NCBI GenBank assembly: GCA_024695445.1
Contig: JAILIG010000117.1
Location: 1,041 to 65,040 of the forward strand
Direction: 5' to 3'
DNA from: Oscillospiraceae bacterium
Lineage (GTDB): Bacteria > Bacillota > Clostridia > Oscillospirales > Ruminococcaceae
Length of the DNA: 64,000 nucleotides
The first letter of the stretch is position 1. Each line of letters opens with the position of its first letter. Shown in pieces: positions 6,896-14,123 of the stretch. Position numbers and translations under genes: made by a program. Under the pieces are notes generated by a model. It was not told the DNA's origin, ran no database searches, and was given only the letters and a program-made list of their open reading frames with translations.

Positions 6896-9856
6896 TTACA
6901 GTGTCTTGATCTGACCAGAGAGGTACAGAAGCAAGCGGCCGATATCATTGGAATCCAGAGAGGAATCGCCGGTCAGCTCTGCATTTGCCTTGCCCTGCGG
7001 AGAGAGCACTGCTTCCTTATCCTCGGCAATATAGCGTGCAAGGAAAATAGCATCTGCCACATTTACCACACCGTTGCAGTCCACATCACCGCGCTTGAGC
7101 GACTGTGTTCCGCTGTCCTTCGTCGTAGATGTAGTCGTAGTTGTCGTCACATCCGGCTCATCCACACCGACCTTATAGACTGCCCGAACAGAAATCTTCT
7201 GCGCCGAAGCATCCGGCTGCACAGTGATGCTCTTGCCGGTGCCGGAAGGAGTACCTCCGGTGATTTCCCAGTGATCGAACGCATAACCCTCAGCGGGTTT
7301 TGCCTTCAGATAAACAGCCTGATCGGAGGGATAAGTACCGCTCCAAGTACCGTTCTTGCAGTCGAGAGAAAGCGTATTCAGTTTCACGGTACCCTTTGAC
7401 GAATCGTTGCTGAGCTCCACCGTGATCTGCTCCTGAGAGACAAGATTGCCGAGCCACTGCAGCATCAGACGCTTTGCAGTTTCCGCACGGCTGGACCAGA
7501 AGGTCTGAATGGTATCCAGTTCCTTCTGCAGCGATGCAGCATAATCCACTTCCTGCGGAGGCTGGCTGGGATTCACTTCGCCGCCGGGATTGACCGCACC
7601 GCCTGGGTTGACAGCTCCGCCCGGATTCACTGCGCCGCCTTCGCCGTCCTGGCCGCCGGGAATGCCCCAGTCACCGCCTTGGCCGCCGGGGAAGCCCCAG
7701 TCACCCTGGCCACCGGGGAAACCTCCCCATTCGCCGCCGCTCTGGCCGCCCGGGAAGCCCCAGTCGCCCCAGTCTCCCCAGTCACCGATTCCGCCACTGG
7801 TACCGCCGCTCGGGAACCGCTTCATGGATTCCACATTGGCCTCCTGCGTTGCATTCACAATCTCGCGGAAAGCTGCGAGCACCTTATCGGATCTGTAGTT
7901 TTCGTTGCAGAGATCAAAGTAATTCCGAAGATAGAGCGCACGGAATTCATCACAGTTTTTCAGCAGATTGATAAACAGCTTCGGCAGCCATTCGCCGCGG
8001 CTCGCAAGCTGCTGCAGATTCTGCATGATGCTGGAATTGACATTGCTCTGGCCGTACAGACCTGCGCCGTATTCCGTGTCAAACAGAATGAATCTCCACT
8101 TGCCGTCTGCATACTTCTTGCTGTCATCCACATTTTCCGTCTTCCAGAGAGCATAGTTGTTGTTTCCAAAGTCGGAATTTCCAAGTATGACCTCCGTAGC
8201 CATATAATCTGCAAAACTCTGGACATCAACGAGCTGTGCAAACTTCTGATAGTCCGCCTGATCCGCGAATGTCGCGCTCTTTGCAAATTCCTTCAATGCC
8301 TGATAATCAGCCCAGCCCTGCTCCGAGCCGTCGGCCTGCTCATCAGTCTTGATCATGCAGACATCTTTTTCCTTGACCTTGTAGTGATCGGCGATGAATT
8401 CCTTGCCGATCTTCTCGACAATATTATAGGTGCCCCAGTACTCGCCGTCGAGGAACACAATACATTCCACCTGACACTCTGTACCGTAGCTGCGGTCCTG
8501 CACCATCTGCTGATTCATGCGGTCACGGACCTTCGTGTTGTTGTCGTTGCCGCCGTTGCGAAGCGTCAGCTTATCAAAGGAAGTAATCGGCTTGCCCTTG
8601 ACATTCAGCGCTTTGCCGTCAAAGAAATCATAGTCGAATTTCGCCGTGCCGTAATCGCTGCGCGCATAGAGGTTAAAGCTCTTCTGTGCATTGGCACGCG
8701 TATACGCACCGTGAATGCGGATGCCTGCATACGCAGAATAAACAGCCTTTCCGGAATCAAACAGCGTAAACTGTGCAGGGCGCTCCCACTCTCTGCCGCT
8801 CTGCGTGTAATTGGCGGGCTGCTGGCCAAAGCCCATCATCGGGAAGCCGCCCTGGCCGCCGGCATTCTGAGCGGTCTTGCCGAGCACATAGATGCCCTTT
8901 TCTTCATCAAACAGGTTATCCGGATCGGTGACGAGAGAAACCACGCGCATCTTGGTTTCCAGATCCTGTCCGGTATAGCCGACAAAGTAGGTGTTTGTCG
9001 CAATCTGACTCACATTCCCCTGCTGATCGACCGCAACCGCACGCACGATCATCGCCTTTTTGACCGGATCGGCAGGCGGCGTGTAAGAAGTACCGATATC
9101 GGTTCTGGCCGCGTATACATTCGGCTGATCCGAGACATTGCGTACCGGAATCGCGCTGCTGTACCGCTGAGAATCACCGTTCGGAGTCGGATCGCTGCCG
9201 TCCATTGTATAATAGACGGTGCAGCCGGAAGCAGCAGAGAGCGTCAGAGAGAACTCAGAAGAATAGAATCCGCTCTCCTTGGAGAAAACCGGCGGCTGAA
9301 CGATAATTCTGTCCACCGCGCCGGACGGATTGCTCTGTCCCGGCGATAGCTGGTTCAGCACCGAGAAATTCTCACTGCCGTCCGGAACGCGGCCGAATGC
9401 AAAGTTGTCATTCAGCGCCGGAACTTCAATCTTTTCGAGAACATTTCCGTTTGCATCAGACAGCAGAAGCGTCTCACCGCTCTTGGAAAGACCGAAGGGC
9501 GTACCCGCAACCCTCGATTCCTCCGAAATGCCGCAGTAGATGACACAGTAGCCCTTTGCACCGACCGTAGTGCCGGCCGGAATCATATATCCCTTCGGAT
9601 TTTCGGGATCATCGGAAAGATAGAACCCGCCGACTGAAACGGCTGACTGTGTGGTGTTATACAGTTCAATGTAATCATAGAACTGACCGTCCGAAGCAGC
9701 CGAAGTCGAATTCTTGGTACACACCTCATTGATGACAACAGAGCCCGCACCGGACGCCGTAATCGCCCAGTTCTGCGGCAGTGCCGTCAGCATTGCAGAG
9801 GCAGTCACAATCGAACATCCAACAGCCGAAATACGGCTTATCAACTTGTTGTTCAT
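6896..9856 (-). CDS. Secreted multidomain protein: signal peptide, lamin-tail (LTD) domain, CotH kinase-like domain, Gly/Trp/Asp-rich repeat, InlB-B-repeat-like domain, Thr linker, C-terminal dockerin
   Basis: 986 aa. LTD: VVINEVCTKN..YIELYNTT..GFYLSDD. CotH-like: VFLDGEYWGTYNIVEKIGKEFI.. and NNYALWKT. Dockerin: GDVDCNGVVNVADAIFLARYI..ELTGDSSLDSNDIGRLLLYL. Confidence 0.85.
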   Translation of the reverse strand: MNNKLISRISAVGCSIVTASAMLTALPQNWAITASGAGSVVINEVCTKNSTSAASDGQFYDYIELYNTTQSAVSVGGFYLSDDPENPKGYMIPAGTTVGAKGYCVIYCGISEESRVAGTPFGLSKSGETLLLSDANGNVLEKIEVPALNDNFAFGRVPDGSENFSVLNQLSPGQSNPSGAVDRIIVQPPVFSKESGFYSSEFSLTLSAASGCTVYYTMDGSDPTPNGDSQRYSSAIPVRNVSDQPNVYAARTDIGTSYTPPADPVKKAMIVRAVAVDQQGNVSQIATNTYFVGYTGQDLETKMRVVSLVTDPDNLFDEEKGIYVLGKTAQNAGGQGGFPMMGFGQQPANYTQSGREWERPAQFTLFDSGKAVYSAYAGIRIHGAYTRANAQKSFNLYARSDYGTAKFDYDFFDGKALNVKGKPITSFDKLTLRNGGNDNNTKVRDRMNQQMVQDRSYGTECQVECIVFLDGEYWGTYNIVEKIGKEFIADHYKVKEKDVCMIKTDEQADGSEQGWADYQALKEFAKSATFADQADYQKFAQLVDVQSFADYMATEVILGNSDFGNNNYALWKTENVDDSKKYADGKWRFILFDTEYGAGLYGQSNVNSSIMQNLQQLASRGEWLPKLFINLLKNCDEFRALYLRNYFDLCNENYRSDKVLAAFREIVNATQEANVESMKRFPSGGTSGGIGDWGDWGDWGFPGGQSGGEWGGFPGGQGDWGFPGGQGGDWGIPGGQDGEGGAVNPGGAVNPGGAVNPGGEVNPSQPPQEVDYAASLQKELDTIQTFWSSRAETAKRLMLQWLGNLVSQEQITVELSNDSSKGTVKLNTLSLDCKNGTWSGTYPSDQAVYLKAKPAEGYAFDHWEITGGTPSGTGKSITVQPDASAQKISVRAVYKVGVDEPDVTTTTTTSTTKDSGTQSLKRGDVDCNGVVNVADAIFLARYIAEDKEAVLSPQGKANAELTGDSSLDSNDIGRLLLYLSGQIKTL

Positions 9857-9903
9857 AACGATCCCCCTAAATAAAAATTTTATCAGGCCCTCCGCCCATT
9901 TTC

Positions 9904-9932
9904 ATTTTAGCATATTCTATTAACTCAGTCAA
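9904..9932 (-). promoter_or_regulatory. Sigma-A-type promoter of the CotH-dockerin gene
   Basis: Minus strand: TTGACT, 17 nt ending in TGc, TAAAAT. Confidence 0.45.
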
Positions 9933-10030
9933 GGATAAAAGAAAGAAAATGGCTTAAATTGCCTTTAAAAATGCCAGAAACAGCGATATTTTTCTATATT
10001 GGCTTTTGGATACCTTAAAACCGCTCTAAA

Positions 10031-10474
10031 CTACGATGCGTCCAAAGTCCCAAGCACCTGATACAACAGTTTGTAAAGCTTTACGGCATCTTCAGCAGAT
10101 AACCCCAGTCTGCATCCGACCTGTTCCGGAATCACAGCAGCATTTCCCCGCAGTGCCTCACCCGCATCCGTCAGAGAAATAATCAGCAGACGTTCGTCCT
10201 GTTCGCTCCGCTGTCTGGTCACATAGCCTTTGCTTTCCATACTCTTGAGAACTGGCGTCAGTGTTCCGGAGTCCAGATACAGCCGTTTTCCGAGATCCCG
10301 GACCGAAATCTGCCGTTCATCCCACAGCACCATCATCGTGACATACTGGGTATAGGTCAGGCCGATCTGATCCAGACACGGATGATACTGCTTGATGACA
10401 GCACGGGAACAGGCATACAGCGGAAAGCAGATCTGGTTTTCAAGCTTCAGCGCATCCGTCTCTCCGCCGATCAT
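10031..10474 (-). CDS. ohrR: MarR-family organic-hydroperoxide-sensing repressor (OhrR type)
   Basis: 147 aa. LKLENQICFPLYACSR (the conserved sensing Cys context) and LYLDSGTLTPVLKSMESKGYVTRQRSEQDERLLIISLTDAG closely track B. subtilis OhrR as I remember it. The start overlaps the upstream stop (ATGA). Confidence 0.85.
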   Translation of the reverse strand: MIGGETDALKLENQICFPLYACSRAVIKQYHPCLDQIGLTYTQYVTMMVLWDERQISVRDLGKRLYLDSGTLTPVLKSMESKGYVTRQRSEQDERLLIISLTDAGEALRGNAAVIPEQVGCRLGLSAEDAVKLYKLLYQVLGTLDAS

Positions 10475-10746
10475 TCCGCAGCACCCTTCGCAGACCGTTC
10501 CGCTTCAGCAGCTTCTGTCACGGCAACAGCAAGCTGATCGGCGCATGAGGTCGACCGGTTATTGCAGAGATTTCCCCGCAGCTTTGCCGCAATCTGCTCT
10601 GCTGTCCAGCCGTCAATCAGCTTTGAAATCGCCTTGAGATTGCCGTTGCAGCCGCCGATAAACTGTACATTGCTGATAACGCCGTCCTGAATGTCAAACA
10701 GAATTTCTCTTGAGCAGGTCATTTTCGTTCGATACCGATACTGCAT
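10471..10746 (-). CDS. TSCPD-domain small protein (TIGR03905-like 4-Cys family)
   Basis: 91 aa. Motifs KMTCSREILFDI, FIGGCNGNLKAIS, NNRSTSCADQLA are typical of the stand-alone TSCPD family. Confidence 0.85.
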   Translation of the reverse strand: MQYRYRTKMTCSREILFDIQDGVISNVQFIGGCNGNLKAISKLIDGWTAEQIAAKLRGNLCNNRSTSCADQLAVAVTEAAEAERSAKGAAE

Positions 10747-10813
10747 TGATTACACCTCCGGAATTCAGATAGGTTTTGGATTGATTTAGCTTCATTCGGT
10801 TTAGCTCAATTAT

Positions 10814-10842
10814 ATTATATCAAACTAAATTTATTTTGTCAA
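10814..10842 (-). promoter_or_regulatory. Sigma-A-type promoter of the TSCPD-ohrR operon
   Basis: Minus strand: TTGACA (10842-10837), 17 nt, TATAAT (10819-10814). An imperfect AT-rich dyad (10801-10828) overlaps the -10. Confidence 0.5.
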
Positions 10843-10843
10843 G

Positions 10844-10881
10844 TAAAAAAAGAATGTGATCTGCACAAAACAGATCACATT
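10844..10881 (-). terminator. Intrinsic terminator after the GH25 gene
   Basis: 11-bp perfect stem AATGTGATCTG/CAGATCACATT followed on the minus strand by TTTTTTT. Confidence 0.75.
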
Positions 10882-10906
10882 ACTATATATAGAGAGAGAA
10901 TTCTTT

Positions 10907-12025
10907 TTACTTTTCAGCGCTTTCTGATGTATGATCCGTTGTTTCATCCGAATCTGTTCCGGTCTGATCGGTAGTTTCCGCGACTGTCGTCGTTTCAGTC
11001 TGTGAGCTGACGGATGAAGCCGGAATATGCACAGCAGGCGCATCCTTCTGAGAGAAATCATAAAAGCTGAGATTCAGATCGACCTTATCCTCAACGCCGT
11101 TCACGTGGCCCTTGCAGCTGTACTGCCACATATCATAGTCGTAGATATAGGTCGGACCGTCTCCGTACTCCGCGAGCCAGAATGTAATGCCCTGCAGCCG
11201 CGGCAGATCGTATTTCAGCAGAGAGGTGCGCTTATTCTGATAGATCATCGGCCGGAAGCCGATAGATTCTATATTCTGGCAGTAGGCAAGCGTCAGATTT
11301 GTCAGCTCTTCGACTGAGACATGATCCGTCCGTGCGCCGTCCTCATCGTCGAAAATGATCTCCCAGTCAAACGCAACAGGAAAATCCAGTTCACAGCCCT
11401 TCAGCTGTTTGGCCGTCAGCTGTGCCTCCTCGACAGCCTCCTCCTCGGTCACGGCCTGTGAGAAGAAATACGCCCCGATTTTCAGGCCGGCCGCCTTCGC
11501 CCCCCTGTAATACTCCTTGAACCTGTCGTCCTCATGAAGCAGACCGCCGCCGTAAGTGCGGTATCCGACGCGAAGCATCACGAAATCAATCCCGTCCGCC
11601 TTCACGGCTTCCCAGTCGGTCACCCGATTGTGTGATGAGATATCAATGCCGGTCATGGCGTTGAAGTCGCCGTTCTGATCGTATGAAACCATTCTGGAGT
11701 TTTTTTCTTTCAGAAGCTCCAGCGGATGAACCGAAAGCTTGACATCCTTCAGAACCGGAATCCAGATTTCCCCGAATGTCTGATCCTTGAGCAAAATTTT
11801 ATGACCTGCCAGATCATAATGATGATTCACCTGCACCGGCTCGAAATAGGTCACCTGCGTTTCTTCCGGCGGCTCCGTCACCTCCAGCATCGCACGGAGC
11901 GAGTCAATCTCGTGATTCTTGTCCCGGAGCAGTACCGCAGCGGCAACGGCCGTCACAGCGACTGCCAGAATTCCGGCAATCAGCAAAATCAGTTTCCAGA
12001 CAACAATGCCCTTTCTTTTGAACAT
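10907..12025 (-). CDS. Membrane-anchored GH25 lysozyme/muramidase
   Basis: 372 aa. N-terminal TM helix. GIDISSHNRVTDWEAVKADGIDFVMLRVGYR, GAYFFSQA, FWLAEYG, MWQYSCKGHVNGV..VDLNLSF match the GH25 signature. Ser/Thr-rich tail. Confidence 0.85.
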   Translation of the reverse strand: MFKRKGIVVWKLILLIAGILAVAVTAVAAAVLLRDKNHEIDSLRAMLEVTEPPEETQVTYFEPVQVNHHYDLAGHKILLKDQTFGEIWIPVLKDVKLSVHPLELLKEKNSRMVSYDQNGDFNAMTGIDISSHNRVTDWEAVKADGIDFVMLRVGYRTYGGGLLHEDDRFKEYYRGAKAAGLKIGAYFFSQAVTEEEAVEEAQLTAKQLKGCELDFPVAFDWEIIFDDEDGARTDHVSVEELTNLTLAYCQNIESIGFRPMIYQNKRTSLLKYDLPRLQGITFWLAEYGDGPTYIYDYDMWQYSCKGHVNGVEDKVDLNLSFYDFSQKDAPAVHIPASSVSSQTETTTVAETTDQTGTDSDETTDHTSESAEK

Positions 12026-12046
12026 CCGATTTCTCCTTTATTTCTC

Positions 12047-13138
12047 TCATTCAATTGCTGCACAAAGCAGATAAACCGTATCTTCCAGCGGTTCCAGCGT
12101 GATGGTGTGTTCGGCCGGCTCCGCCTGTTTCATCAGCACCAGCTCATGCGGATTTCCCCATGCGTAGATAGAATGCGTGTGCAGAACGCCGCCGTCCAGC
12201 ATGGGGTGCTTCACAGGCTTTCCGTCCAGCAGAATTCTGCAGCTGCCGTAGCCGGGCATGATGTGCGCCTCAAAGAAGATCACGGCAGTTCTGCATCTGC
12301 AGTGCATCGTCCACGCGCCGGACGCTTTTGTAATACACCACGACCTGTGAAAAAACTGAAGCGGGCGCGGCGACACAGGATAATCCGGAGTTACCCAAAT
12401 ATCCTCCGGGACCTGTCCTTCCTCGATGCGGCGCAGTGCCTGAAACGGCGCATCCAGCCACGGTTCCGGAAGAAGGGCCGGCAGCGGGGAACGGGGCTGT
12501 TCGCCGGCGCACCGGATCAGATGCAGCACGCACTCTGCAAGCAGACGGTGCCCGTCCGAATTCGGGTGACTTTCTTTGTCTGCAAATGCATCCCATGTCA
12601 ATTCCTGCGCAGCCAAAGAAGGATTCAGCGCTTCCCGCATATCAATGCACGATAAACCGTAATGTTCCGCCATCGGCCGCATAAATGACGCACAGCTGTA
12701 ATCGTTGGCACTCCTCATCAACAGCAGACAGACCGCCGGAGAGCAGGGTGCATCCAGCAGGCGTCGCACCAGACTCTCAAAATATTCGACGCTGTGCCGC
12801 AGTGTTGTCTCATTGATCGCATACTCCAGAAACACGATGTCCGGTTTCTTGCTCAGTACAACATCCTCTGCCAGCACCGCACCTGTGAGGCTGTCCATTC
12901 CGGCATCCGCACAGATCGTGCATTCAACCTCGTACCCTTGCTGCCGCAGCATATCTGCCGCAATTCCCGGATACGACTCCGGCAAAATCCGGTAATTCTC
13001 GTATCCCTGCGTCACAGAGCCGCCCATAAATGCCAGCGAAATCCGCTTCTGATGCAGAATCCGGGCCCAGTAAGCGCGTGTTCCGACCGAAACCAGCGAT
13101 CTGGTGATCATTTTCTCCCGAACAGCCGCGTCAATCAT
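12047..13138 (-). CDS. SGNH/GDSL-type hydrolase with extra C-terminal beta-rich domain
   Basis: ORF 12047..13189. ATG 13138 (MIDAAV) starts just after the lysR stop. Blocks FMGGSVTQG, IVFLEYAINE and SHPNSDGHRLLAE fit SGNH blocks I, III and V. Confidence 0.7.
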   Translation of the reverse strand: MIDAAVREKMITRSLVSVGTRAYWARILHQKRISLAFMGGSVTQGYENYRILPESYPGIAADMLRQQGYEVECTICADAGMDSLTGAVLAEDVVLSKKPDIVFLEYAINETTLRHSVEYFESLVRRLLDAPCSPAVCLLLMRSANDYSCASFMRPMAEHYGLSCIDMREALNPSLAAQELTWDAFADKESHPNSDGHRLLAECVLHLIRCAGEQPRSPLPALLPEPWLDAPFQALRRIEEGQVPEDIWVTPDYPVSPRPLQFFHRSWCITKASGAWTMHCRCRTAVIFFEAHIMPGYGSCRILLDGKPVKHPMLDGGVLHTHSIYAWGNPHELVLMKQAEPAEHTITLEPLEDTVYLLCAAIE

Positions 13139-14123
13139 TCTGCACCGCCTCTCCGAAACCGCCCATCCGCCAGGTACCGACATCGACAAGCTGTTTCAAC
13201 AGCAGCGCATATGCCGACGCAGCCTTGGAGATATAGGCATTTCGCTTGGAGATCAGAGAAATGGCACGCTCTGCAATCTCATCCGGCAGCATATAATAAT
13301 TCGGGTGCTCGCGGAAATTCCCGTAATAAATGAGGGAATCCGGCAGAAGCGCGATGCCCATATTCGCGCAGACAAACGAGAAAACCGTTTCGATCGTGCG
13401 GACACTGTACGAGATTCTCGGCTGAAAACCGCACTGCCTGCACGCATCGTTCAGTGTTTCCTGATCGTATTCACCGGCATTTGCAGCGACGAACGCCTCC
13501 CCTGCCACAAGCTGCAGATCGACAGGCTTCTGACGCAGAAACTTCGGTGTCGCCTGACAGATATCCTCCGCAGTCAGCGGCTCCGGCAGGGAGGACACCA
13601 GCGGATGCTTCGGGGATACCGCCAGATACATTCGCTCGGTTGCGAGGATTTCCTTGGAAAAGTTCCGGTCATCAAAGCTGACGGTTCCGATTGCGAAATC
13701 AATCTCACCGGCCCCAAGGAGTTCCCGGAGCTGGCGCATATCCGCCTCGTGAATCGACATCCGGATTGCAGGATGCCGCTCATGAAACTCCGCAAAGCTC
13801 TTTGCAAGCAGGCAGCGAATGCGGAATGACGAAGCACCGATCCGGACCGAGCCGGATTCCATGCTCATCAGATCCGACAGCGCATTATTCATATCCTCTT
13901 CCATCATCAGGAGCCGTTTGGCCCATGAGACATAGAGCTGTCCGGCGTCCGTCAGACGGATCGGGCTGGAGGAGCGGTCAAAAAGCTGCACGCCAAGCTG
14001 CTTTTCAATGCTGTGAATATACTGGCTGAGAGAAGGCTGTGTCACATAGAGCTTTTCCGCTGCACGCGAAAAGCTCTGGCATTCCGCCACGGCAATGACA
14101 TAAGTCAGCTGCTGTGTATTCAT
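13131..14123 (-). CDS. LysR-family transcriptional regulator
   Basis: 330 aa. N-terminal wHTH MNTQQLTYVIAVAECQSFSRAAEKLYVTQPSLSQ plus a LysR substrate-binding domain. The ATG overlaps the rnr stop (ATGA). Confidence 0.9.
   Translation of the reverse strand: MNTQQLTYVIAVAECQSFSRAAEKLYVTQPSLSQYIHSIEKQLGVQLFDRSSSPIRLTDAGQLYVSWAKRLLMMEEDMNNALSDLMSMESGSVRIGASSFRIRCLLAKSFAEFHERHPAIRMSIHEADMRQLRELLGAGEIDFAIGTVSFDDRNFSKEILATERMYLAVSPKHPLVSSLPEPLTAEDICQATPKFLRQKPVDLQLVAGEAFVAANAGEYDQETLNDACRQCGFQPRISYSVRTIETVFSFVCANMGIALLPDSLIYYGNFREHPNYYMLPDEIAERAISLISKRNAYISKAASAYALLLKQLVDVGTWRMGGFGEAVQND

Noticed and set aside
5758-6948. 396-aa minus-strand ORF overlapping the corA-like gene
   Set aside because: It is an antisense shadow ORF. 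The plus frame has the CorA topology and loop motif plus an SD-ATG.
7570-7641. Four tandem 18-nt repeats that could be mistaken for a mini CRISPR or VNTR
   Set aside because: There are no spacers, the repeats are in frame, and they encode GGAVNP units inside the CotH ORF. This is a coding tandem repeat.
7679-9349. 556-aa plus-strand ORF overlapping the CotH gene
   Set aside because: It is an antisense shadow ORF. The minus-strand frame carries the LTD, CotH and dockerin motifs, and the plus frame has none.
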